Below, one piece after another: positions 8,774-16,307 of a stretch of DNA of 34,003 nt. The DNA is taken from NCBI GenBank assembly GCA_002781985.1, contig PFGP01000123.1, positions 1 through 34,003 on the forward strand, in the 5' to 3' direction. Position 1 is the first letter of the stretch. The number at the start of each line of letters is the position of its first letter. A program made the translations under genes and the position numbers. This DNA is from Candidatus Taenaricola geysiri. Lineage in GTDB: Bacteria > Omnitrophota > Gorgyraeia > Taenaricolales > Taenaricolaceae. Below the pieces are notes generated by a model. That model was given only the letters and a program-made list of their open reading frames with translations. It had not been told where the DNA came from and made no database searches.

Positions 8774-10014
8774 ACTGTCCCTATATAACTTGTAAGTGTC
8801 CGGTGAGGATGCCAGGAGAGTTTGGCTTTTTTAAGATTGGCAAGGCCTGAATCGTCCATTGTGTTGATGTATTTTGCTTCTTTTGCGATATCCTGCGCAA
8901 GGTGGCTGAATATAAATTGGCTAAGGCCTTTTATGGTTGTATCAGCGGTTTCAAAGACGACGCAATACGTATCGGTATTCATTTCAAACGCGAACGTATA
9001 GGCGCGTATTTTTTCATCTATGTCAACAACCCTGCCTGTAAGCCCCAGTTCTTCATAATCAAGCATTGCCTTTTTATGGGCAGAGAAGCTATCAGCGATA
9101 AGTTGATGATATACGCTGTCGTGCGTCCCCATCTTTCTTTTAGCCCAGCTGCTATACAGGTTTAGGCATTCATCAATATCGCTTATTACAAAAGGTCTGT
9201 AAATAAATTTGTTGTTTTTTATGAAATTATTCTTTGCGGCGCGCTGCGAGGAGAATCTATTGCCTTTTAATTCCGCAATATCTTTGGCTAGGTATATATA
9301 CTCGTCTGTATTTTTGTGGATTTTTATTCCGGCGCCTTCAAACGCCTTAATTTCTTTCTCAGCGATATTTTCGATACGGCCTCCGGGTTTTAATAAATGC
9401 ATACCTTTAGGCGAGGAAATCAGCATGTTGAATTCATTTTTATATTCGTAAAATACGCACAGGTTATTGTCAATAATCTTCCATAATATGTTGAATAAAT
9501 CCGACCATATGTATATATTAACGAATGACCTCGCGGAATACTCTGAATTGTTCAGATATTTATTAAATAAGGGTTTGTGTTCAAGCGCGAGCGCTTTAAA
9601 CCCGCCCAGGTTTTTTATCGTTGTAATCTTTATCGTATCCGGCTGGTATGGCATTACGAAGCTGTGCGGCAGGCTGGTGTAGTTGAACTCAGGGTGGCCG
9701 GTTATCACTTTCGCATAAGGGCATTTGGCATCAAGGACAAGGACTATATTTTCGTATTCCTTGTTATATGTAACCATGAAGGGATAGAGCTGGCAGTCAA
9801 GCGGCCTGTGCGCGTATATATTGCAGGAATTTGATTCCGGAGAGAAATTTTGGCAGATAAATATGTCTTTGTGAGGTTTAAGCGATAACCGGCAAGTGCT
9901 ATCTGAAAAAGAATCGCTCAACAAAACCGGCGCATACCGGCTGTTTTGCTGAACGAACCTGCAACACGCATCACATTTTAAACAAATTTCATTCGGTACA
10001 AATTGTTTTAACAA
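8770..10014 (-). CDS. fusion protein: N-terminal YkgJ-type Cys-cluster domain (CxxCxxCC) + C-terminal DUF2156 (MprF C-terminal-like) domain
   Basis: The N-terminus shows CLKCDACCRF ... CNIYAHRPLDCQLYPF (YkgJ/UPF0153 pattern). From about residue 140 there are DUF2156-like motifs (SEYSARSFVNIYIW, KGNRFSSQRAAKNNF, YINTMDDSGLANLKKAKLSWHP). The only possible start is TTG at 10012-10014, directly after the in-frame TAA of the upstream gene. Confidence 0.7.
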   Translation of the reverse strand: MLKQFVPNEICLKCDACCRFVQQNSRYAPVLLSDSFSDSTCRLSLKPHKDIFICQNFSPESNSCNIYAHRPLDCQLYPFMVTYNKEYENIVLVLDAKCPYAKVITGHPEFNYTSLPHSFVMPYQPDTIKITTIKNLGGFKALALEHKPLFNKYLNNSEYSARSFVNIYIWSDLFNILWKIIDNNLCVFYEYKNEFNMLISSPKGMHLLKPGGRIENIAEKEIKAFEGAGIKIHKNTDEYIYLAKDIAELKGNRFSSQRAAKNNFIKNNKFIYRPFVISDIDECLNLYSSWAKRKMGTHDSVYHQLIADSFSAHKKAMLDYEELGLTGRVVDIDEKIRAYTFAFEMNTDTYCVVFETADTTIKGLSQFIFSHLAQDIAKEAKYINTMDDSGLANLKKAKLSWHPHRTLTSYIGTV

Positions 10015-10431
10015 TTATTGCTGCGCCTGGTTTAAATATGACTTTAATTTTTCCCAGGTTTTCTTTCCGGCCTTGCCGTCAGCTGTTAAGCCATTTTGCT
10101 GCTGAAATTCTGTTAAGGCCTTTTTGCTGGCAGGGCCTATTTTGCCGTCAATAGCGCCCTTGTAAAACCCGGCATTCTTAAGGGCCATCTGTATGTCCTG
10201 GTTGCTGGGAAGAAAGCTTGCTTCCTGCGTGTTTTCCGGCATTTGCGCAGCGCTTGTTTCAACCGGCAGGCCTTCTTTGGTAACCATGTTTATAGACGAT
10301 TTTCCGTCAACGCTGATTGACATAGGGATGGTCATTTCCATAGATTCGGCAGAGTTTTCTTTTTTAGCGCAGCCTGCGGCTAAAAGTCCCGCAAGAATCA
10401 ATACTGTAAATAGTGTTATAAATTTTGGCAT
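10015..10431 (-). CDS. lipoprotein with C-terminal peptidoglycan-binding (PG_binding_1) domain
   Basis: Signal peptide plus lipobox (LLAAGC). The C-terminus reads ALKNAGFYKGAIDGKIGPASKKALTEFQQQNGLTADGKAGKKTW. An AAGGAG SD lies on the minus strand. Confidence 0.8.
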   Translation of the reverse strand: MPKFITLFTVLILAGLLAAGCAKKENSAESMEMTIPMSISVDGKSSINMVTKEGLPVETSAAQMPENTQEASFLPSNQDIQMALKNAGFYKGAIDGKIGPASKKALTEFQQQNGLTADGKAGKKTWEKLKSYLNQAQQ

Positions 10432-10455
10432 AGCGTAACTCCTTTCAAATCAAAA

Positions 10456-10824
10456 TCATTTTTTCTTTTTGTGCATATTCAGTTCTTCCTGAAGCTTGTT
10501 TTTTTCTGAAGTAAGGGTGTCAACCTGTATAGAGAAACCGACTTTTTCCTGTAATATCTTATCGTATTCAGCCTTTAACGCCAATTTTTCGCTGAACAGC
10601 GTGTCGTAACTTGTCTTTAAAGCTATTTTTTCATTTAATATCTTGTCATGTTCTGCTTTAAAAGCGTCTTTTTCGCTTAAGGCAAGCGCCAGCTTGTCCT
10701 GTGTGGCTTTGTTTTCTTTTACCAGTTCATCATATTTGTTTTTGGAAACGCCGCAGCCGTTTAGCGTAAATACAAATACCGCAAGAATCGGTATTAAAAT
10801 AAATATCCTGCAAGAATTTTTCAT
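10456..10824 (-). CDS. small coiled-coil lipoprotein with 14-residue repeats
   Basis: The internal ATG at 10824 gives MKNSCRIFILIPILAVFVFTLNGC (lipobox). The longer 184-aa version would overlap the divergent gene and has no signal-like start. Repeats have the form ..EK.ALKAEYDKIL.EK. Confidence 0.65.
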   Translation of the reverse strand: MKNSCRIFILIPILAVFVFTLNGCGVSKNKYDELVKENKATQDKLALALSEKDAFKAEHDKILNEKIALKTSYDTLFSEKLALKAEYDKILQEKVGFSIQVDTLTSEKNKLQEELNMHKKKK

Positions 10825-10831
10825 TACAAGG

Positions 10832-10860
10832 ATTCTATCATAATCGCATTGCCAATGCAA
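10832..10860 (-). promoter_or_regulatory. sigma70-type promoter with extended -10 for the lipoprotein operon (TTGCAT-17-TGaTAGAAT), predicting a leaderless mRNA
   Basis: On the minus strand, TTGCAT lies at 10860-10855 and TAGAAT at 10837-10832, with TG two nt upstream. Only 7 nt separate the -10 box from the ATG at 10824. Confidence 0.45.
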
Positions 10861-10877
10861 GTAAAATCTGATAGAAT
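10849..10877 (+). promoter_or_regulatory. sigma70-type promoter with extended -10 for the radical SAM gene (TTGCCA-17-TGaTAGAAT)
   Basis: TTGCCA at 10849-10854, TG at 10869-10870, TAGAAT at 10872-10877. The ATG is at 10890 with no SD, implying a leader of only about 5-6 nt. Confidence 0.45.
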
Positions 10878-10889
10878 AAAACCATAAAA

Positions 10890-12128
10890 ATGCAGCCAAA
10901 ACTATTGGTTTCAGACAGCAAGAATAGAATATTTGATGTAAGCTCAATGGCCGCGGCAGGGATGAAGGCGGGCAATTTTTACCCGTTGAGGAAAGATGAA
11001 TTAATCCCATTGCCTTATGGCAGTGAACTTTTTATGCTCCAAGACAGGATCCCTGTAGGGTTTGGCAATAAGCCTGTGCCGGGCGGAGTTTTTCCGGTGG
11101 CTGCATTTTTGTCTCCCGGTTATACGGTAACATACAACGCTGCCTATATAGAAAAATCCGACGCAAAACTGCTGCCGTTATTTTCTTATGCAGCGGTTTG
11201 CTGGTATAAAGGCGGATTTTATACAACGGCTGTAAAGGTGGATCGTGAAAAAAGGCAGGACTTGCGCCTTATGGATATCGGACTTTTGCGCAGTAATGTC
11301 CGCAGGTTCAGAAAGATCTTTCCTAAAAACAGGCTTATAAGGCATCTTGTGTCATGCGCCTGCGTTTACGGATGCCCTGCGGCAAAAAATTTTTTCCTTC
11401 AGCGTTATGAATGCCCGCTTCCGGCATCGCCTCATTGTAATTCGGGCTGCATCGGCTGTATAAGCGTCAGCCATTCAAAGACATGCCCGCATGTGCAGCC
11501 GCGCATAAAATTTATCCCGACAGCGTCGGAAATTGCGGAAGTTGCCCTGTATCACATTAAGGCTGTCAGGGATCCTGTTGTTAGTTTCGGCCAGGGATGC
11601 GAGGGCGAGCCTCTTATGGTGTCCGCAGTGCTTGAAGAGGCGATCAAGCTTATAAGGGCCAAAACACAAAAAGGCGTAATAAATTTAAATACCAACGCCA
11701 ACTCTCCTGAAAAGATAAAAAAGCTGCGCTTTGCCGGCTTAGACAGTATTAGGGTAAGCTTAAACAGCTTAAGAGAGCGGTTTTATAATATTTATTACAA
11801 GCCGAAAAATTATACGTTCAGCGATGTTTTATCGTCTGTAAACGCAATGAAGTCTTCAGGCGGATTTGTTTCGATAAACTATCTTGTAATGCCGGGCTTT
11901 ACTGATTTAAGGGGCGAGGCAGCCGCGCTTTATAATTTTATCAGGGATACGAAGATAGATATGATACAATGGCGTAATCTGAATTACGACCCTGTTGACT
12001 ATTTTAAAAAGATGAAAATAACACGGACAGCCCCGGATGAATTAATCGGGGTGAAGCGGCTCATAGAAGAAACTGACAAACGTTTTCCGGGATTAAGGCA
12101 TGGATATTTTAACCCGAAGTTTATATGA
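10890..12128 (+). CDS. radical SAM protein with ~185-aa N-terminal non-rSAM domain
   Basis: A CxxxCxxC cluster is present (CNSGCIGC at about residue 190), followed by a TIM-barrel-like region (..GEPLM.., NTNANSP.., SLNS..). Confidence 0.8.
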   Translation: MQPKLLVSDSKNRIFDVSSMAAAGMKAGNFYPLRKDELIPLPYGSELFMLQDRIPVGFGNKPVPGGVFPVAAFLSPGYTVTYNAAYIEKSDAKLLPLFSYAAVCWYKGGFYTTAVKVDREKRQDLRLMDIGLLRSNVRRFRKIFPKNRLIRHLVSCACVYGCPAAKNFFLQRYECPLPASPHCNSGCIGCISVSHSKTCPHVQPRIKFIPTASEIAEVALYHIKAVRDPVVSFGQGCEGEPLMVSAVLEEAIKLIRAKTQKGVINLNTNANSPEKIKKLRFAGLDSIRVSLNSLRERFYNIYYKPKNYTFSDVLSSVNAMKSSGGFVSINYLVMPGFTDLRGEAAALYNFIRDTKIDMIQWRNLNYDPVDYFKKMKITRTAPDELIGVKRLIEETDKRFPGLRHGYFNPKFI

Positions 12129-13350
12129 CGCAGTTATAATAGGCGCGGGCCCGGCAGGCATCATGGCTGCCATAACCGCATCAAGGCGCAACCGCAGGGT
12201 TATCCTGCTTGAGAAAATGCCTTCTGTGGCAAGGAAGCTTTTGATTTCAGGCAAGGGCAGGTGCAACCTGACTAATTCAGGTAATATTGATAAATTCCTG
12301 GAAAAGTTTTCTCCTTCAGGAGTTTTTTTAAGAAACGCATTCTCAAGATTTTTTAATGACGACCTGATAGCGTTTTTTGAGGAATCAAGCTGCCCGCTTA
12401 AAACAGAAAGAGGAGGCAGGGTATTTCCTTTATCTGACTCCTCGGCTGATATACTCAATGCCCTTAAGCAGCATCTTGAAAAAAATAATGTCAAGATTGC
12501 GCGCGATGAGGAAGTTGTCGATATCTATATTGAAAAATACGGAATAAAATGCGTCGCTGCAAAAAGCGGCCGCAAATACTACGCGATGAGCGTTGCTGTA
12601 TGCACCGGGGGTTTGTCTTATCCGTTAACCGGATCAACGGGATTCGGTTTTTCCATGGCAAAAAATATGGGCCATAATGTTATAGCCGCCTCGCCGGGGC
12701 TTGTGGGCGTTGTGGTAAAATCCGTAATGCCGAGAAACCTCGAAGGCCTTTCTCTGGAAAATGTTTCTTGCGCTGTGCATACAGGCGGTAAAATCATTGA
12801 TAGCCGTCAGGGGGATATGATATTTACTTATTCCGGTTTGTCAGGCCCCGTTATACTTGATTTAAGCGGTTTGATATATGATTTGCTGCAAAAAGACAAG
12901 CAAGTTTTTGTAAGCATAAATCTAAAACCCGGCCTGGATATTAAAAAACTTGACGCAAGGCTGCAAAGGGAGTTTTTAGAGCAACCCTTAAAGATACTTA
13001 AAAATATACTCATTCAGCTTTTACCTGCGCGGCTTGTCCCTGAATTCTTGAAATACTGCGCTTTAAACCCTGCCAAAAAAGCCAACCAGATAACAAAGGA
13101 TGAGAGAAAAAAGCTTATGGAAAGCCTTTTTGATTTCAGGTTTGAAATAGTAAGGACAGGCCCGATAAAAGATGCTATAATAACGCGCGGCGGAGTGTCA
13201 ACCAGGCAGATTAATCCAAAGACAATGGAATCCAGGGTTATCAAGGGCGTTTATTTTGCCGGCGAGGTAATAGACGTTGATGCCAAGACAGGCGGATACA
13301 ATATGCAAGCCGCTTTTTCAACAGGCTATGTATGCGGAGAAAACCTATAA
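12100..13350 (+). CDS. NAD(P)/FAD-dependent oxidoreductase, HI0933/YhiN (BaiN-like) family
   Basis: Rossmann motif YDAVIIGAGPAGIMAA at the N-terminus. The C-terminus reads GVYFAGEVIDVDAKTGGYNMQAAFSTGYVCG. The gene overlaps the radical SAM gene by 29 nt. Confidence 0.85.
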   Translation: MDILTRSLYDAVIIGAGPAGIMAAITASRRNRRVILLEKMPSVARKLLISGKGRCNLTNSGNIDKFLEKFSPSGVFLRNAFSRFFNDDLIAFFEESSCPLKTERGGRVFPLSDSSADILNALKQHLEKNNVKIARDEEVVDIYIEKYGIKCVAAKSGRKYYAMSVAVCTGGLSYPLTGSTGFGFSMAKNMGHNVIAASPGLVGVVVKSVMPRNLEGLSLENVSCAVHTGGKIIDSRQGDMIFTYSGLSGPVILDLSGLIYDLLQKDKQVFVSINLKPGLDIKKLDARLQREFLEQPLKILKNILIQLLPARLVPEFLKYCALNPAKKANQITKDERKKLMESLFDFRFEIVRTGPIKDAIITRGGVSTRQINPKTMESRVIKGVYFAGEVIDVDAKTGGYNMQAAFSTGYVCGENL

Positions 13351-13360
13351 TCTAAAAACC

Positions 13361-13385
13361 AAAGACCGAGCCCGGGGCGGTCTTT
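13361..13385 (+). repeat. 25-nt hairpin repeat, copy 1 (AAAGACCGAGCCCGGGGCGGTCTTT)
   Basis: An 8-bp stem AAAGACCG/CGGTCTTT encloses a 9-nt loop. The sequence is identical to 14059-14083. It lies 10 nt after the flavoprotein stop. Confidence 0.9.
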
Positions 13386-13397
13386 GAAGGGTAGAAT

Positions 13398-14060
13398 ATG
13401 GAAAGAAAAGAAAAACTGGTAGAAGGAACTGTTTATCATATTTTTAATAGAAGTATCGCAGATTTCAAGATATTCAATAACGATCTTGAATATCTGCGGA
13501 TAAAAAATATGATAAGATACTATCAAATAGAAAGCGCAGATTTTAAGTTCTCTAAATTTATAACGCTTGAAAAAATCAAAGAAGACGGATTCAACAGCAG
13601 TTTTATTTCTTTTTCACAGGGAAAAGAAAAACTGGTGCAAATAATCGCTTATTGTATCATGCCTACTCATTTTCATTTAATTTTGAAACAGTTGAAAGAA
13701 AAAGGCATATCGATTTTTATGAGAAATATTCTTAATAGCTATAGCCATTATTTTAATATTAAACATAAAAGAAAAGGTCCTTTATGGGAAAGTAGATTTC
13801 AGAATAAATTTGTAGAAACTGACGAACAGTTGTTACATCTCACGAGATATGTGCATTTGAATCCAGTAACTGCTTTTTTGGTTGATAAACCGGAGCAATG
13901 GCTATGGTCTTCATACAATGAATACTTATCAAAAGTAGATAAAGATGAGAAAGTTTGTGATTATGAGGGTATTTTGGATGTTGAGCCGGTTTCCTACGGG
14001 GCGTTTACTGATGAAAGAATTGATTATCAGAGAGAATTGGCAAAGTTAAAAGATTTATAA
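13398..14060 (+). CDS. IS200-like Y1 (HUH) transposase / REP-associated tyrosine transposase-like protein
   Basis: HUH motif in YCIMPTHFHLIL and the catalytic-Tyr region LTRYVHLNPV. By eye the gene is clearly more A+T-rich than both flanks. Confidence 0.75.
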   Translation: MERKEKLVEGTVYHIFNRSIADFKIFNNDLEYLRIKNMIRYYQIESADFKFSKFITLEKIKEDGFNSSFISFSQGKEKLVQIIAYCIMPTHFHLILKQLKEKGISIFMRNILNSYSHYFNIKHKRKGPLWESRFQNKFVETDEQLLHLTRYVHLNPVTAFLVDKPEQWLWSSYNEYLSKVDKDEKVCDYEGILDVEPVSYGAFTDERIDYQRELAKLKDL

Positions 14061-14083
14061 AGACCGAGCCCGGGGCGGTCTTT
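14059..14083 (+). repeat. 25-nt hairpin repeat, copy 2 (same orientation)
   Basis: Perfect copy of 13361-13385. It overlaps the last two bases of the transposase stop codon. GGTAGA follows both copies, 4 nt after copy 1 and 1 nt after copy 2. Confidence 0.9.
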
Positions 14084-14103
14084 TGGTAGAGCGGAGAGAA
14101 TTT

Positions 14104-14688
14104 ATGAGGTTTATACTTGCTTCTGCATCAAGGCGCCGCACAGATATACTCAAGTCATGCCGTATAAGGCATAAGATTTTTGTTACAGGAATAAAAGAGG
14201 CAAGCCACGGCAGGTTTCATGCGGCAAGGCTTGTTATTGAGAACGCTAAAAGAAAGGCCCGCGCCGCGGCCGGGAATTTCAAATCAGGCATTGTATTGGG
14301 AGCAGATACGGTAGTTTTATTTAAAGGAAAAAATATAGGTAAGCCAAAAACCGCCATGCATGCGCGAAAGATGCTTAAGTCGTTCAGCGGCCGCCATATT
14401 GTTGTGTACACCGGGCTTTTTCTTATTGATGTTGCATCAGGCAGATGCGTTTATGGCGTTGAGAAAACCGGCTTAAAAGTAAAGAAGATAATACCCGCGG
14501 ATATTGACAAATATCTTGCCGCGCTCGGGCCGCCGGATAAAGCAGGCGGTTTTTCTATAGAAGGCGCCGGGTCTTTGATATTTGACGATATAAGAGGTTC
14601 TTATTTTAATGTGCTCGGGCTTCCGATGGCCAAACTCGCAGAATTATTTAAAAAATTAGAGTACGACATATTTGATTTTATGAGGTGA
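14104..14688 (+). CDS. maf: Maf-family nucleoside triphosphate pyrophosphatase
   Basis: The ATG at 14104 is preceded by GGAGAG; the track start at 14083 is a TTG inside the hairpin repeat. Motifs seen: ILASASRRR, GADTVV, GKP, AGGFSIEG, GLP. Confidence 0.85.
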   Translation: MRFILASASRRRTDILKSCRIRHKIFVTGIKEASHGRFHAARLVIENAKRKARAAAGNFKSGIVLGADTVVLFKGKNIGKPKTAMHARKMLKSFSGRHIVVYTGLFLIDVASGRCVYGVEKTGLKVKKIIPADIDKYLAALGPPDKAGGFSIEGAGSLIFDDIRGSYFNVLGLPMAKLAELFKKLEYDIFDFMR

Positions 14689-14691
14689 AAT

Positions 14692-15750
14692 ATGAAAAAG
14701 TTTTTAGTTTTAAGTTTTAGTTTTTCGCTTTTCGCTTTAAGTTTTACGCTTAATTGTTATGCCGATTTTAACGATTATCTTGATTATCTCGGCAAAGAGC
14801 GCGGGCATTTTGGCGTAAAGAGCGAAAATACCCTGGGCGCCGGCGAAAAGTTTTTTATAGGAGGCGATATAAACGACCTTGGCACATCCATCAAGGCCCT
14901 TGCCGAAAAAAAGCCTTTTTTATCCGAAAAACAGACAATCGGCATTGAAGCAGGGGCGGCATTTCTTGATGATAAAAGATACAAGCAGGAGACGCCCGTT
15001 ATCGGGGCATATGTTTATACGGACATGGATGAATACACCAGGTTTAGCTCCGAGATTAAATATTCGCAGCCGGAAATTTATCATGTAAGCGATGCTGCCG
15101 ATGAGCGCATAAAAAAGCACGTCGGGTCCAATAGCGTCAGCGCGCTGTTATTCAGATGTGAAAACTCGCCCGTTGATAATGATGATTATCCGACGTCAGG
15201 CCGCAAGACGGACATGGCTTTTGAGGTTTCATCGCAGGCGCTTGGCAGTGACTTTAATTTTTTAAGGTTAACCGCAGGCAACGCTTTTTATTATACCCCG
15301 GTAGAATTAAATAACCCTTTAAGCAGATTAACGTTCGCTTTTATTCAGCAGGCCGGATTTATGAACAGGTTTGCCGGAGATGATGAGATTCCTTTTTTTG
15401 AAAGGTTTTACGCTGGCGGCACCACAACAGTGCGCGGTTATATGCCGCGCTATCTTGGCCCCAGAGATAAGGATGACGAACCGATAGGAGGTAACTGCAT
15501 GGCGGCCTGGACGCTTGAGGCGCGTTATCCTGTGTGGAAAGATATAAAAGCAGCGCTTTTTTATGACCAGGGCAATGCATGGGAAAAGACAGCTGATTTA
15601 AACCTGAACGATACTAAGTCCGGAGTAGGTGCGGGCTTGAGGTGGGTGACGCGCTTCGGCACGGCCCGCCTTGATTACGGTTACGGGTTAAACGGCAATA
15701 CCCGCCAGCGCGGAGGCAGAGTGCATGCAGGTTTGGGCATGAGGTTTTAG
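14692..15750 (+). CDS. Omp85/BamA-type outer-membrane beta-barrel protein without POTRA domains
   Basis: Signal peptide, then FFERFYAGGTTTVRGY and GLRWVTRFGTARLDYGYGL. The C-terminus ends in ..GLGMRF. Confidence 0.75.
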   Translation: MKKFLVLSFSFSLFALSFTLNCYADFNDYLDYLGKERGHFGVKSENTLGAGEKFFIGGDINDLGTSIKALAEKKPFLSEKQTIGIEAGAAFLDDKRYKQETPVIGAYVYTDMDEYTRFSSEIKYSQPEIYHVSDAADERIKKHVGSNSVSALLFRCENSPVDNDDYPTSGRKTDMAFEVSSQALGSDFNFLRLTAGNAFYYTPVELNNPLSRLTFAFIQQAGFMNRFAGDDEIPFFERFYAGGTTTVRGYMPRYLGPRDKDDEPIGGNCMAAWTLEARYPVWKDIKAALFYDQGNAWEKTADLNLNDTKSGVGAGLRWVTRFGTARLDYGYGLNGNTRQRGGRVHAGLGMRF

Positions 15751-15752
15751 AA

Positions 15753-16307
15753 ATGCTAAACTTAAAACAGAAAAAAAGGCTGCTTGGCATTGCCAGAAAA
15801 ACAATAGAAGAGTATCTTTCTACCGGCAGGAAGCCTGATTTTACAGAAACAGACGCTGATTTAATACAGGCCTGCGGCGCGTTTGTGACCTTGCATGAAA
15901 ATGGCGAACTTCGAGGGTGCATAGGAAATATTATATCTCAAAAAGCGCTTTATGAAACAATCATAGATATGGCAATAGCCGCCGTTGTTGCTGATCCGAG
16001 GTTCGCGCCGGTAAAAAAAGAAGAACTTAAAAATATTGAAATCGAAATATCAGTTTTATCGCCGCTGAAAAAGATTAGCGATATAAGCGAATTCCGGCTT
16101 GGCACGCATGGAGCGCTGGTGAGGAAAGGCTTAAATTCAGGCCTGTTTCTGCCGCAGGTTGCAACAGAAACCGGTTGGAATAAGGAAGAATTTTTATCAA
16201 ACCTGTGCGCGCATAAAGCCGGGCTTGCCAAAGATGCATGGAAAGATAAATCCTGCGAAATACATGTGTTTACTGCCGATGTATTTTCGGAAAAACAATC
16301 AAAATGA
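15753..16307 (+). CDS. AMMECR1-domain protein (AmmeMemoRadiSam system protein A-like)
   Basis: Core motif GAFVTLHENGELRGCIG, then ..DPRF.PV.. and ..GLFLPQV... Confidence 0.85.
   Translation: MLNLKQKKRLLGIARKTIEEYLSTGRKPDFTETDADLIQACGAFVTLHENGELRGCIGNIISQKALYETIIDMAIAAVVADPRFAPVKKEELKNIEIEISVLSPLKKISDISEFRLGTHGALVRKGLNSGLFLPQVATETGWNKEEFLSNLCAHKAGLAKDAWKDKSCEIHVFTADVFSEKQSK

Larger units (their letters stand above)
13361..14083 (+). mobile_element. IS200/IS605-like or RAYT-like unit: single Y1 transposase gene bracketed by direct copies of a hairpin
   Basis: Combination of the three features above plus the compositional drop. No tnpB-like gene is present. Confidence 0.55.

Noticed and set aside
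10012-10017. The lipoprotein ORF and the YkgJ-DUF2156 ORF are in the same frame, separated by a single TAA. This raised the question of stop-codon read-through, recoding or a fused protein.
   Set aside because: TAA is used as a normal stop by many genes in this window. Fusing an exported PG-binding lipoprotein to a cytoplasmic-type Cys-cluster enzyme makes little sense. Termination-reinitiation at the adjacent TTG is the simpler reading.
10456-11010. 184-aa version of the minus-strand ORF starting at 11010.
   Set aside because: The first 62 residues have no signal-like character and would overlap the divergent radical SAM gene and both predicted promoters. The internal ATG at 10824 gives a textbook lipoprotein signal peptide.
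14083-14103. Upstream alternative starts offered by the ORF track: TTG 14083 (maf), ATG 17264 (glnA), GTG 24821 (small ORF), TTG 31160 (carA paralogue).
   Set aside because: In each case a downstream ATG has a proper SD at correct spacing and matches the usual family N-terminus. The longer forms overlap hairpins or the preceding gene.
10890-16307. Possibility that the radical SAM gene at 10890 is the partner of the AMMECR1 gene at 15753 (AmmeMemoRadiSam system).
   Set aside because: The genes are 3.6 kb apart with an insertion element and unrelated genes between them, and no Memo gene is present. The rSAM has a large N-terminal domain and a CNSGCIGC cluster context unlike what I recall for the AmmeMemoRadiSam enzyme.
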